A DNA stretch of 64,000 bases from Terrimicrobiaceae bacterium (GTDB lineage Bacteria > Verrucomicrobiota > Verrucomicrobiia > Chthoniobacterales > Terrimicrobiaceae). Location of the stretch: contig JBGSVZ010000012.1 of NCBI GenBank assembly GCA_041752695.1, positions 32,001 to 96,000 on the forward strand, written 5' to 3'. Under the pieces are notes generated by a model that saw only the letters and a list, made by a program, of their open reading frames with translations, did no database searches and was not told where the DNA came from. The first letter of the stretch is position 1; every line of letters starts with the position of its first letter. The position numbers and the translations under genes were made by a program. Shown one piece after another: positions 18,987 through 28,501 of this stretch.

Positions 18987-21155
18987 GTGAAATTCACCGA
19001 CAACCAACAACTCTTCGGATTCGACGGGACCACGGGCATTGTCGCCGTCGAGTTCACCGAGGCCAACATGGCGCAGGTGTTTGTCCGCATGCCGGACGGC
19101 TCAACCACCACGTTCGACGAGCCATTCCAGCCCTTCCTCTGGAACACCTCCGAGGGAGAGCCCCTCGCGGGAGGGCTGCCACTTTCCCACCTGCTTCAAC
19201 TTTCCGACTGGGACGCCCTGCAGGCCGCCAAATCCGGGCTGCAAGCCAGCGGCCCGGTTTTCGTTTTCAACGATCCCGTGCAGCAATACCTGACCGCCTC
19301 GGGCCGCACGCTCTTCAAGGGCATGACCTTCGAAAATCTGCGCCGTCTGCAGCTCGATATCGAAACGGCCTCCACCGAGGGCTTCGAATTTTCCAGCGCG
19401 GAACGCGATCCCGTCACCGCCATTGCGCTGAGCGACAGTTCCGGATGGGAGGAGATTTTTGTCGTGGAACCCGCCTCCGTCGAATCCGAACGGGCCGCGC
19501 TGGAATGGCTCACGACCACCATTCGGGAACGCGACCCGGATGTCCTTGAAGGGCACAACGTTTTTAAGTTCGACCTCCCCTACCTCTCCGCCCGCGCAAA
19601 AAAACTGAAGGTCCGCCTCGCCTGGGGCCGCGACGAGACGCTGCTCAAGTCCCGTCCCTCCCGCCTCCAGATCGCGGAGAAAACCATTCAATATCCCAAG
19701 TTCGTGATCCGCGGCCGACACATCGTGGACACCTGGCTGCTCGCGCAATATTACGACGTCGGGTCCCGCGAACTGGAGAGTTTCGGACTCAAGAGTGTGG
19801 CTCGGCATTTTGGGGTTTCCGAATCCGGCCGCGTGCTTTTGGAGGGCGCCGACATCCACCGGGCCTACCGCGAGGACGAAGCGGCCTTCCGCACCTATGC
19901 TTTGCAGGACGTGCGCGAAACCCGGGCCGTTGCGGCCATTCTCAGCCGCAGTTATTTTATCCAGGCGCAGATTTTTCCTTACGGGTATCAGGATGTGATC
20001 ATTCGCGGAAATGCCACAAAGATTGAAGCCCTCTTTTTGCGGGAATACCTCCGCCGCGGACACTCCCTGCCGGAAACACCGGAGCCCCGGCCCTTCGAAG
20101 GCGGCTACACCGACATCTTCGAAACAGGCGTGATCGCGGACGTCTGGCACTGCGACGTGACCTCGCTTTACCCCTCGGTGATGCTGAGTTTTGACTATTT
20201 CCCGCAGAGCGACGCCCTTGGCGTGTTCCGCGGTTTGCTGCAGGACTTGAAAACCTTCCGGCTCAGCGCAAAATCCGCCCTTCGCGCCGCGCAAGACCCC
20301 GCCGAACGCAGCCGCCTCGACGCGCTGCAAAGCACGTTCAAAATCCTCATCAATTCCTTCTACGGATACCTGGGATTTGGCCAGGGCCACTTCGCCGACT
20401 TCGACGCGGCGGAGAGCGTCACCGCCAAGGGCCGCGAGATCCTGCGTCAGATGGTTGCATGGCTAAGTGACCAAGGCGCACGCGTGATCGAGATCGATAC
20501 GGACGGCATTTATTTTCACCCGCCCTCCGGCGTTTCCGCCGAAACCTTGCAAGCCGGCCTCGCCGCCGAACTCCCCGAGGGCATTGAGGTGGAATTCGAC
20601 AAACGCTATCGCGCCATGTTCAGCTACAAAGCCAAGAACTACGCCCTCCTGGAGGAGTCCGGCACCGTTTCCATCAAAGGCGCGGCCCTCAAGTCCCGCG
20701 GCATGGAACCTTTCCTGCGCGATTATCTGGAAAGCTTTCTCCGTCTCCTCCTCGAAGGCCGGGGTTCGGAAGTGGCCACGCTGCGGGAAGAGATCGCGGA
20801 AAAAATCCGCCGCCACGAACTTCCCATCACCGCCCTCGCCAAAACCGAGTCCCTCCAGGACTCCCTCACGAACTACCAAAAGAAAATCGGCACCTCATCC
20901 CGCAATCGCTCCGCCGCCTTCGAGCTCGCGATCAAGAGCGGTCGCAATTACCAGGCCGGCGACCAGGTCAGTTATTACGTCACCGGCACGAAGAAAAAGG
21001 TCACCGCCTACGAAAACGCCCGCCTCGCTACGGAATGGGACGCCACCGCCCGCGACGAAAACGTCGAATATTACGTCGGCAAACTCGACGAGCTGGCGAA
21101 AAAATTCGAAGGCTTCGGCGCCGCTCCCGGTGGTCAGCAGGATCTTTTCGCGTAG
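18987..21155 (+). CDS. Family B DNA polymerase with 3'-5' exonuclease
   Basis: Exo LDIET, GHN..FDLPYL, YALQD; Pol DVTSLYPS, KILINSFYGY, DTDG, KNYA; C-terminal QQDLF. Confidence 0.92.
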   Translation: MKFTDNQQLFGFDGTTGIVAVEFTEANMAQVFVRMPDGSTTTFDEPFQPFLWNTSEGEPLAGGLPLSHLLQLSDWDALQAAKSGLQASGPVFVFNDPVQQYLTASGRTLFKGMTFENLRRLQLDIETASTEGFEFSSAERDPVTAIALSDSSGWEEIFVVEPASVESERAALEWLTTTIRERDPDVLEGHNVFKFDLPYLSARAKKLKVRLAWGRDETLLKSRPSRLQIAEKTIQYPKFVIRGRHIVDTWLLAQYYDVGSRELESFGLKSVARHFGVSESGRVLLEGADIHRAYREDEAAFRTYALQDVRETRAVAAILSRSYFIQAQIFPYGYQDVIIRGNATKIEALFLREYLRRGHSLPETPEPRPFEGGYTDIFETGVIADVWHCDVTSLYPSVMLSFDYFPQSDALGVFRGLLQDLKTFRLSAKSALRAAQDPAERSRLDALQSTFKILINSFYGYLGFGQGHFADFDAAESVTAKGREILRQMVAWLSDQGARVIEIDTDGIYFHPPSGVSAETLQAGLAAELPEGIEVEFDKRYRAMFSYKAKNYALLEESGTVSIKGAALKSRGMEPFLRDYLESFLRLLLEGRGSEVATLREEIAEKIRRHELPITALAKTESLQDSLTNYQKKIGTSSRNRSAAFELAIKSGRNYQAGDQVSYYVTGTKKKVTAYENARLATEWDATARDENVEYYVGKLDELAKKFEGFGAAPGGQQDLFA

Positions 21156-21287
21156 AGCGTGCCAATCCTGGAGGGTGCCGCGTTGCCGATAAAGAATCGC
21201 CCTCCGGGCCTTGCTGCGCAAGGGCTAACTCCACGTGCGCTCCGGTTCTCGGCACTCCGGGGATGCGAGGGCCCGCATCCCTCCATG

Positions 21288-22223
21288 TTAGAGAAAAGCC
21301 GGAGGTTGTCCCTTCACAAGTTCCCGGACCGCGCCCTCGATTTCGGGAAACCGAAACACGTACCCCGAATCCAGCAGCCGCCCCGGCACCACACGGCGGC
21401 TTTTCAGAATCAGCTCCGTCTCCGTTCCCATCGCCCAGGCACCGACCTCCAGCATCAGGCGCGTGGCCGGCAGGCCGACGGGCATGCGATACGCCCGGCG
21501 CAAAACCGCCATCAACTTGCGATTCGGAACCGGCTCCGGAGCGCAGACATTGATTGGACCCACCAGGTTTTCGTGCTCAACCAGCCAATCGACGATCCCG
21601 CAAAAATCGGCCTCGTGCAGCCAACTCACGTATTGCCGTCCTGAGCCCATTTTCCCGCCAAGTCCCAACCGGACCAGCCTCGACAAAACCTGAAACACAC
21701 TTCCGGGATCCCGTCCCAGCACCATGGCCGAACGCAGAGCCACTTTTCGCGTTTGCGGAGCCAGCACTTTGAACAGCTCGACCTCCCAGTTCTGACAGAC
21801 CTCGACCGAAAAGCCTGAGCCAATTTCCCCGCCGACCTCGGTCATGTCCTTCTCCTCCGCATGACGGTAAATCGTCGCCGAACTGGAATTGATCCAGAGC
21901 GGCGGCGGACGCCGGCAGGCCGCAATCGCCTCGCCCAATGCGCGGGTCGAATCGAGGCGCGAAGCAAATATCTCCCGCCGATTTTCCGGGGTGTATCGGC
22001 AATTGACGCTGCGCCCGCAGAGATTGACCACCAGATCGCACCCCTCCAGTTCCGCCGCCCAGGCTCCCACAGTCCGGCCATCCCAAGGCACAAGTCGCAG
22101 GCCGGCAATGGCCGAACCTGCACCCCGGGTCAACACCACAACCTCGCAGCCCTTGCGCAGAAAATGCCGCGCCAGGACCCTTCCCAAAAACCCCGTTCCG
22201 CCCGGTAGAAGAACCTTCTTCAT
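21288..22223 (-). CDS. TIGR01777 family NAD-dependent epimerase (YfcH-like)
   Basis: GGTGFLG, SRLDST, GSGRQYVSWLHEAD, C-terminal SRRVVPGRLLDSGY. Confidence 0.88.
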   Translation of the reverse strand: MKKVLLPGGTGFLGRVLARHFLRKGCEVVVLTRGAGSAIAGLRLVPWDGRTVGAWAAELEGCDLVVNLCGRSVNCRYTPENRREIFASRLDSTRALGEAIAACRRPPPLWINSSSATIYRHAEEKDMTEVGGEIGSGFSVEVCQNWEVELFKVLAPQTRKVALRSAMVLGRDPGSVFQVLSRLVRLGLGGKMGSGRQYVSWLHEADFCGIVDWLVEHENLVGPINVCAPEPVPNRKLMAVLRRAYRMPVGLPATRLMLEVGAWAMGTETELILKSRRVVPGRLLDSGYVFRFPEIEGAVRELVKGQPPAFL

Positions 22224-22669
22224 GACTCCCTCCTCGCCAACTGACACGCCTCACCCACTGCCGTAGCCCCGCTCAATGTCACAACCTGCGAGCGAATATC
22301 GTCATCCGACCCCAGACGGAAGATCCGCGAAAGCCTGTGCCGGTTTCGCGAAACCACCCGGCAAAGTTTTTCCGCATAAGGCAACAGCGCCGGCCTCGCC
22401 AGCCGGAGCGACCACTCGCGATACCGCACGGTCGCCCAGAGGCACATCACCCACGCTCCCCCACCCCGGTAAAGTCCCCCTTCATCCGAAAGCGCCAGAA
22501 TCTCCCGCTCCGGATGCCAGTCCGTGATCTTCGGGAAAAGGAGGGCGGCATGGCGCGAGTCGTAAGGTACAAAATGCAGCGCGACAAACTTCGGTTCCCG
22601 CTCCAGCCAGCCTTTCACCGTCCGGCACATCCCGCACCGCGCATCATAAAACACCGTAATCGCTTTCAT
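22220..22669 (-). CDS. DCC1-like thiol-disulfide oxidoreductase family protein
   Basis: N-terminal FYDARCGMC (DxxCxxC) motif. Confidence 0.8.
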   Translation of the reverse strand: MKAITVFYDARCGMCRTVKGWLEREPKFVALHFVPYDSRHAALLFPKITDWHPEREILALSDEGGLYRGGGAWVMCLWATVRYREWSLRLARPALLPYAEKLCRVVSRNRHRLSRIFRLGSDDDIRSQVVTLSGATAVGEACQLARRES

Positions 22670-22680
22670 CGTTCATCAAG

Positions 22681-22707
22681 GTAGGGAGCGTTGTCCCCAA
22701 CGCTCCC
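22681..22707. repeat. GTAG-type REP-like hairpin
   Basis: GTAG then GGGAGCGTTG-TCCC-CAACGCTCCC perfect 10-bp stem, intergenic. Confidence 0.6.
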
Positions 22708-22722
22708 TCGACTTGGTTCGTC

Positions 22723-23112
22723 TCACGCCACATGCGCGGTGGGAGGCAGGGGCGGCGGGGTTTGTTCAAGCAAGGCCCGGCGGCGCACTTTGCTGAAAAC
22801 CAGCAGGTTGAAAAAGTGCATGCCGCCCAGCACGAGCAACACCACGCCCACCTTGCCGCTCAGGGCTTCAAAGACGCCTTGCGGCGCTTCAATCGTGATG
22901 CCCAGTTTCAGGAAAAGCGCGATGAACCCGACGTTGACGAGATAAAATCCCACCACCAGCAGGTGATTCACGCTATCGGCCAGCGGCTCGTTCTGATGGA
23001 AACAATCCACCAGAAAAATCCGCCCGTTCTTCGACAGGGTTCGCGCGACCCAGATGGTCAGGCCAATGCTGATGACAAGATACAGACTGTAAGTGAGGAC
23101 GATGTAGTTCAT
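22723..23112 (-). CDS. Hypothetical membrane protein (3 TM)
   Basis: Three hydrophobic segments; LADSVNHLLVVGFYLVN; in operon. Confidence 0.8.
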   Translation of the reverse strand: MNYIVLTYSLYLVISIGLTIWVARTLSKNGRIFLVDCFHQNEPLADSVNHLLVVGFYLVNVGFIALFLKLGITIEAPQGVFEALSGKVGVVLLVLGGMHFFNLLVFSKVRRRALLEQTPPPLPPTAHVA

Positions 23113-23132
23113 GGTTATTTATGTTTTTGGAT

Positions 23133-23150
23133 TTTCAGGAAAATTTGAAA
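23133..23150. promoter_or_regulatory. Putative operator (second copy)
   Basis: TTTCAGGAAAATTTGAAA, same TTTCA-N8-TGAAA as 23699-23716. Confidence 0.55.
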
Positions 23151-23168
23151 GATAGGGGCAAAAAGAAT

Positions 23169-23696
23169 TCACTCCAGAAAGCGGGCGGCCGTTTTCATGA
23201 TGCGGCTTTTCTCCGTGGATGAGATGGTTTCCAACACCCGTTCGCCGAGTTTGAGAAAATCGAGCAGGCTGTTCATCTGCTGGTGAAAGTCCCTGGCCTC
23301 CGCCGTCTTCAGCCCCTTGGTCTCTTCGCCGCATTTTTTCAAGACGGCCATGGCGGGCGAAATCTCCCGGCGTTTCCGTTCGCGGGCGATGATGCAAAAC
23401 ATCTTCCAGACATCCTTCTCCGCCTCAAAATACTCCTTCCGCTCGCCCTTGCGCAAAATCGTCCGGATGAGCCCCCAGCCCACCAGATCCCGCAGGTTGG
23501 TGTTGGCGTTGCCCCGACTGATCCGCAGGTCCTCCATGATCTCATCGGTGGTGAGCGGCCGCGGACTCGTCATGAGCAGCGCATGAATCTGCGCCATCGT
23601 CCGGTTGATCCCCCACGCATTCCCGATCGATCCCCACTGCGAAACAAAATCTTCCCGCGCTTTCAGGAGCAGATCGGTGTCATTCGCAGTTTCCAT
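23169..23696 (-). CDS. GbsR/MarR family transcriptional regulator
   Basis: WGINRTMAQIHALL, ISRGNANTNLRDLVGWGL, GERKEYFEAEKDVW. Confidence 0.88.
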   Translation of the reverse strand: METANDTDLLLKAREDFVSQWGSIGNAWGINRTMAQIHALLMTSPRPLTTDEIMEDLRISRGNANTNLRDLVGWGLIRTILRKGERKEYFEAEKDVWKMFCIIARERKRREISPAMAVLKKCGEETKGLKTAEARDFHQQMNSLLDFLKLGERVLETISSTEKSRIMKTAARFLE

Positions 23697-23698
23697 AG

Positions 23699-23716
23699 TT
23701 TCAGTATTTACTGAAA
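23699..23716. promoter_or_regulatory. Putative autoregulatory operator
   Basis: Palindrome TTTCAGTA-TT-TACTGAAA 2 bp upstream of the regulator start. Confidence 0.65.
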
Positions 23717-23777
23717 GTTCGTTACAGGCAAGGAAAATTTTCCTCTTCCACGCATCGCACCTCCGCGAAAGGGCAAT

Positions 23778-23800
23778 GTTGGAGTCCAGCCTTTAGGCTG
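23778..23800. repeat. REP-like element
   Basis: GTTGGAGTCCAGCCTTTAGGCTG. Confidence 0.75.
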
Positions 23801-23945
23801 CGGCGCAAAACCGTCTTTGGCGGAGAACATGGCAAAACGGTTCACGTAAGGGCGTGCCTGGTGCGCGACCTTCCGGGTGGGACAAAGGCGCGAGCCAACC
23901 CCCCTAGGAACGCCGAAGGCGTTTTTTTCGCCCGATCCCGCTCCC

Positions 23946-23976
23946 TTGACTTCCGCCCATAAATATGGCCATATTT
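23946..23976 (+). promoter_or_regulatory. TA operon promoter with operator palindrome
   Basis: TTGACT at 23946; perfect palindrome AAATATGGCCATATTT 23961-23976 just before the antitoxin ATG. Confidence 0.65.
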
Positions 23977-23980
23977 TTTC

Positions 23981-24232
23981 ATGAAAACGACGGTGGAGAT
24001 CCCGGACGCCCTGCACCGGCGCGCAAAGTCTTACGCCGCGCAACAGGGTACCACCTTCAAGAAGCTGCTCATTGCCTCTCTGCAATCCTCCCTGCAATCC
24101 GCAAGCACGCCCGTTCCTGCCGCCTCTCATTCCGAAGTGGATTCCGAAGGCTGGCCCGTTCTGAAACGGACCACCCGGAAAAAAGTGCCGGACTCTGTGA
24201 TCCGCGGCCTCCGCGAAGAGGAAGGCGTGTGA
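23981..24232 (+). CDS. Ribbon-helix-helix antitoxin (VapB-type)
   Basis: MKTTVEIPDALHRRAK RHH pattern; directly upstream of PIN gene. Confidence 0.82.
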   Translation: MKTTVEIPDALHRRAKSYAAQQGTTFKKLLIASLQSSLQSASTPVPAASHSEVDSEGWPVLKRTTRKKVPDSVIRGLREEEGV

Positions 24233-24233
24233 G

Positions 24234-24671
24234 GTGGCCTGGCTACTCGACATCAACGTTCTGATTGCCCGGGTTGATCCCAACCATGAATTTCACGCCA
24301 GGGTCCGGACCTGGCTGAAACCCCGGAGCCTCCAGGGCATTGTCACCTGTCCGCTCACGGAAAACGGCTTCCTGCGTATCTATGGCCACCCAAAATATCC
24401 GGGTGGCCCGGGTTCACCCGGACAGGCCCGGCTCGACCTGCAAACCATCCGCGCCCTGCCCCATCATGAATTCGTGGGCGACACGCTCTCCATCGCCGAC
24501 ACGACTCTTTTTCCCTCGCTCCAAGGTGCCTCTTCGAAAGGCCTTACGGACCTCTACCTTCTCGCCCTCGCGGCGGCCCACGGACTCCAGTTCGCCACCT
24601 TCGATCAGGACATCCACGCCGAACTGGTGGAGGGCGGACGGAAGGCCTTGGAGGTAATCGCCACAAAATAA
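24234..24671 (+). CDS. PIN-domain ribonuclease toxin (VapC-type)
   Basis: LLDINVLIA, TENGFLR, TDLYLLALA, ATFD. Confidence 0.9.
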   Translation: MAWLLDINVLIARVDPNHEFHARVRTWLKPRSLQGIVTCPLTENGFLRIYGHPKYPGGPGSPGQARLDLQTIRALPHHEFVGDTLSIADTTLFPSLQGASSKGLTDLYLLALAAAHGLQFATFDQDIHAELVEGGRKALEVIATK

Positions 24672-24721
24672 GAGACCCTCAGGCCAAACCCTGTTCTTCC
24701 CCGCCTTCATTGCGGCACGAC

Positions 24722-24800
24722 TCAGAGCACATTCAGATGATACCGTGTCCCTTTTGACGCCCCAGTCCGCGCCAGAGCGTTTTTCTCGACGAGATCATTG
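24722..24800 (-). pseudogene. C-terminal winged-helix remnant resembling a Fic-family tail
   Basis: DLVEKNALARTGASKGTRYHL*; upstream sequence looks non-coding. Confidence 0.45.
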
Positions 24801-24807
24801 AACCGTG

Positions 24808-24864
24808 TCGGAAGGGCATCGGAAGGGTCGGACGTCGGACGCGGAGTCGGAAGTCTCGGAAGGG
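24808..24864. repeat. Irregular TCGGA short repeats
   Basis: Six TCGGA(AG/CG) units in about 57 bp. Confidence 0.6.
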
Positions 24865-25221
24865 TCAGGCATGGTTTATTGATATTTTGGCTGAAACTTT
24901 TGCCCTCATGACAACAAGTCAGGCCTGACCCCTGTTTATGCTGTTTAAAGGCCAACAAGGACACCCATTCCAGAAGCGCCAAAGGCGCGTCAATTCCACA
25001 GCCCGGTTCGAAGGGCCGGGAACCCGGTGACAGCAAATTTGCGGCCTGAAGGTTCGCAATGGGATGGGCCAGAGGGGGATCGCTTCGCCAGCGAGAGGTC
25101 AGGTCAGGGGACAGGAAGGACCGGGGCATTTCGATGTAAAAATGAAAGACCTGACCCCTTCTTCCTCGTGAGGGCCGTCATCACCGGACCCGAGAATCCC
25201 GTCCTCAACCCCCTCGCCATC

Positions 25222-25344
25222 GCGGATGTGGCCGTGCCCGAACCTTCCAGCCTTCTCCTCAGGCTCGGAGGGCTGGCCTTGGTGCTTAGCCGCGGAAGGC
25301 GGGCGAGCCAAGCGTGGCAACGAAACGAAGGGAACAGAGGCTGA
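25222..25344 (+). pseudogene. Orphan PEP-CTERM sorting tail
   Basis: AVPEPSSLLLRLGGLALVLSRGRR; no signal peptide or credible body upstream. Confidence 0.6.
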
Positions 25345-25384
25345 AAGCGAGACTACGGACAATCCGGGAGGAGCGGAGCAGGAC

Positions 25385-25621
25385 CTACCATTCGCCTCTC
25401 TCGGCCGCTCTTCTCGAAAAATAGCCGAACGGGTAAAAGACGGCGTCCACGGGGACCGAAATCGGCAACATCAGATAATAGAGAGGGGCGGGGTCTCCGC
25501 TAAATCCGTAGTCACAGTCCCCCTGCAGCGGTTTTCCCTGGGCCCTGGCCAGAACGTCTCGGGTCATGCAGGACGAAAAGAGCACGGGAACCGCCAGCGC
25601 GAGGAGAAAAAGCCTCTTCAT
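25385..25621 (-). CDS. Small lipoprotein, YceK/YidQ-like
   Basis: MKRLFLL..FSSC lipobox; LPISVPVDAVFYPF. Confidence 0.6.
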   Translation of the reverse strand: MKRLFLLALAVPVLFSSCMTRDVLARAQGKPLQGDCDYGFSGDPAPLYYLMLPISVPVDAVFYPFGYFSRRAAERGEW

Positions 25622-25736
25622 GCGTTTATCAGAGCGCAAGTCGCGGATTCTTTCAAGCAGCCTTCTGCGGTCGCCAAATTGTCAGAAGGCCGCGGTGGCA
25701 CTGCGCTATCCCGCCCACCGTCCCCGGCGGCTAAAA

Positions 25737-26729
25737 TCAACCTTGGAGGATGGCGACGTCGTTGCGGCTTCGAACGACCGGTTGGTCGGTGACGATGACC
25801 GTCGTCCCCGGCGCGAGAACCTCATAGACTTTCCCGGCAAATTCCGGGTTCATGCGGAGGCGCGATTTGATTTCCTCGGCGTCCACCCGGGGCCCCTTGC
25901 TCGTGACGGACATCCACCGGGGCGCCTGGCGGCCTGGGACCAGGAGACTGATCAGGTCGCTCTTGCCTTCGAGCATCGAGAAGACGTGGTTGCCAAGCGG
26001 ATCAGGCCCGGCGATGGCGATCGGGGCGCGGCCAATGGGCTCTCCGTTGCGATAGACATAGATCGCTTTGTCGGCGGAACTGATCACCATCGTGATCGGG
26101 CCGGTCGGACTGCGCTCGGGTTTCCAATCGTAATCATTCTCCGCGAGATCGCGCAGCAGCTCAGGGGTGAAATCCTTGGGCGCCAGGAGAAGCCCGGGGT
26201 GCGACGCCAGGTGCGGCACGGGAGTTTTGCCATCGCCCACGACCACGGTCCCCCCTTTTGCGGTCTCCTTGAAGAGGAGCTGGGAGAAATCGAACGGCAG
26301 CCGGATGCAGCCGTGGCTCGCGGGGTATCCGGGCAGATTGCCCGAGTGCATGGCAATACCCGTCCAGGTGAGCCGCTGCATATTGGGCATCGGCGCATTG
26401 TTGTATTTTTTCGAGTAGTGCTCCGCTTTTTTTTCCAGGATGGTAAACACGCCGCCCGGCGTGGACCGGCCTTTCGCGCCGGTGCTCACAGTGGACCGGC
26501 CGATGAGAACGCCATTGCGATACACATGCAGAATCTGCTCCGGAACGCTCACCAGCACAACGAGCGGGCCGCTGGGCGAGAGGTGGGGATTCCACCAATA
26601 TTCCCCCGGCTTAAGCTGGCCCGTTGGTCGGCCGGTCGGCGTGCCTTTGGTGTGCCCGGCCGGTTTTTCGACCGCCTGTGCGGTGCAGGAAAACACCAGG
26701 GCCGTGAGGAGAAATACGGAGAATCTCAT
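25737..26729 (-). CDS. L,D-transpeptidase family protein
   Basis: Signal peptide; TPGGVFTI, IAMHSG..PASHGCIRL with catalytic His/Cys; second degenerate YkuD-like domain. Confidence 0.9.
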   Translation of the reverse strand: MRFSVFLLTALVFSCTAQAVEKPAGHTKGTPTGRPTGQLKPGEYWWNPHLSPSGPLVVLVSVPEQILHVYRNGVLIGRSTVSTGAKGRSTPGGVFTILEKKAEHYSKKYNNAPMPNMQRLTWTGIAMHSGNLPGYPASHGCIRLPFDFSQLLFKETAKGGTVVVGDGKTPVPHLASHPGLLLAPKDFTPELLRDLAENDYDWKPERSPTGPITMVISSADKAIYVYRNGEPIGRAPIAIAGPDPLGNHVFSMLEGKSDLISLLVPGRQAPRWMSVTSKGPRVDAEEIKSRLRMNPEFAGKVYEVLAPGTTVIVTDQPVVRSRNDVAILQG

Positions 26730-26881
26730 AGGTTGTTTCGAAAGGTAAAAGAACACTTATGACGTTTGCCAATAATTCGTCCATCCAGGATTTATTGGTG
26801 GAGAGGTCGGGGAAGAGGTATACCCATGCCTGGCTTTTGACGAACTCCGCACCTCGGCAAGCCGAGTGAAAGCTCTCCAGA

Positions 26882-26904
26882 CACGCTGAAGCGTGAACTC
26901 CAAC
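26882..26904. repeat. REP-like element
   Basis: CACGCTGAAGCGTGAACTCCAAC. Confidence 0.8.
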
Positions 26905-26949
26905 AGAACAGCGGCGTGCCGTCGCTATCCCTTCAGGAAAGCCATTCGC

Positions 26950-28128
26950 TCAAGCTCTCTCCGCTTTCATTCTCCGCCACGCCCCCGCCGTGCGCCCATA
27001 GGCCAGGAGGCGCCAGAGGTATTCCATCGGTCCGAACCGGAAATGGCGCAGCCACCACGCGGGCCAGGCGATCTGGAGAAGGACAATGCCCACGGCCACC
27101 AGCATTGTTTGGGGGAAGGTCAGTTTTCCATAAAGCCCGAATCCCCAGGCATGGAAGATCACCGCGGCGCAGAGGCTTTGCAGGAGATAGTTGGAGAGCG
27201 CCGTGCGTCCCACCGCCGCGAGGGTGCGGCGCAAGCGGCCGTCCGGTAGCCGGAGCAGGCCCCAGAAATAGGCCGCCGCCAGAAGAAAAGCCCCTGGCAT
27301 GCCGGCCAGCACGAAGACCAGGTAGGTCCTTTCCAGAGCTGGGTCTGTCACCGCCGCCCAGGCCGCGAGACCGCTCAGGACCAGCCCCGCCAGGATCAGC
27401 CCGACGATCACGGCTGGTCGTTTCGGGGTGCCCTTCCAGGGAAACCAGCCCGACCGAATCGCATCATATCCCAGCAACACGACACCGAGATAGAGCGGAA
27501 TCAACAGCAGCATGATGAACTGCATGACAAAGGCCTCGATCATCCGGGTGAGGAGAACCTGCGAGAAGGATCCGTTGCGGTATGCCTCCTCGGCCATCCG
27601 CACATACTTTTCCCACTCGGCCGCGGTTTCTTTGTCGAACGGCTCGCCGCTGCCCGGCAGAAATCCAAACGCGGCCATCACCACAATCGTGCCTCCAAAA
27701 CCAGCCGCCGCAATCCCGCGCAGCGCCAACGGAGGCAGGCGGTGCAGCAAGAGCAGCCCGAAACCCAGAATCGCGTAGGCGCATAAAATGTCGCCCCACC
27801 AGAGGAACACGATGTGGAGAAATCCAAAAACAAAAAGCACCCCCATCCGGCGAGCGACCAACTCCGCGAAGCTTTGCCGCGCGGCTTCGGCCCGCCGATA
27901 TAACATCGCCAGTCCAGCCCCGAGCAGGAAACTTAGGATGGCCACACATTTTCCCGCCAGGAGAAACTCCACCAAAAATTCCCCCGCCGCGGGCCATCCA
28001 CTTGGCGGGGCCGTCTTTCCCATCCACGCCCGATATTGATCGGCGGAGGCGAATCCGGGCATGTTGCAAAAGATCAGCCCCAGAATGGCAAATCCCCGCG
28101 CCGCGTCCACGGCGTCGTCGCGGGCCAT
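26950..28128 (-). CDS. DUF418 (YeiB-like) membrane protein
   Basis: DAARGFAILG, WWGDIL..YA, GRTALSNYLLQS, FRFGPMEYLWR; start uncertain. Confidence 0.88.
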   Translation of the reverse strand: MARDDAVDAARGFAILGLIFCNMPGFASADQYRAWMGKTAPPSGWPAAGEFLVEFLLAGKCVAILSFLLGAGLAMLYRRAEAARQSFAELVARRMGVLFVFGFLHIVFLWWGDILCAYAILGFGLLLLHRLPPLALRGIAAAGFGGTIVVMAAFGFLPGSGEPFDKETAAEWEKYVRMAEEAYRNGSFSQVLLTRMIEAFVMQFIMLLLIPLYLGVVLLGYDAIRSGWFPWKGTPKRPAVIVGLILAGLVLSGLAAWAAVTDPALERTYLVFVLAGMPGAFLLAAAYFWGLLRLPDGRLRRTLAAVGRTALSNYLLQSLCAAVIFHAWGFGLYGKLTFPQTMLVAVGIVLLQIAWPAWWLRHFRFGPMEYLWRLLAYGRTAGAWRRMKAERA

Positions 28129-28257
28129 GGCAGGAGTCAGGCAGGGGAGCGGTGGCGGATTCACGATTTGCAGCGCGGATGCGGAAAGGTGTTTAGCGGG
28201 GGACCCCGAAAAAGGGAAGTCCGTCGCGGAACTCCCCATCATCCGAGCATGCCGGAA

Positions 28258-28280
28258 CACGCTAAAGCGTGAACTCCAAC
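28258..28280. repeat. REP-like element
   Basis: CACGCTAAAGCGTGAACTCCAAC, identical to 18907-18929. Confidence 0.8.
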
Positions 28281-28501
28281 GAACACTCACTTTGGAACTA
28301 TCCAGAAGAAGCTGACTGCGAATAGGACGGATGGGCGGGGATAAAGCGGTTTTGGCGGTGCAAAACCCTCCAGGCCAGAAGAGAAGTGTCATTTTGACGC
28401 ACTTTGACGCCTCTTTCCGATCCTAATTCCAAAACTTCGGAAGAAATCCCCTCCCGCCCTCGACAAGGGGGAGTCGCGGCCGATATTTTCCGTCTTCAAC
28501 G

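Noticed and set aside
18987..21155. PolB as a marker of prophage, casposon or pipolin
   Set aside because: No integrase, cas1, terminal repeats or phage genes; housekeeping context
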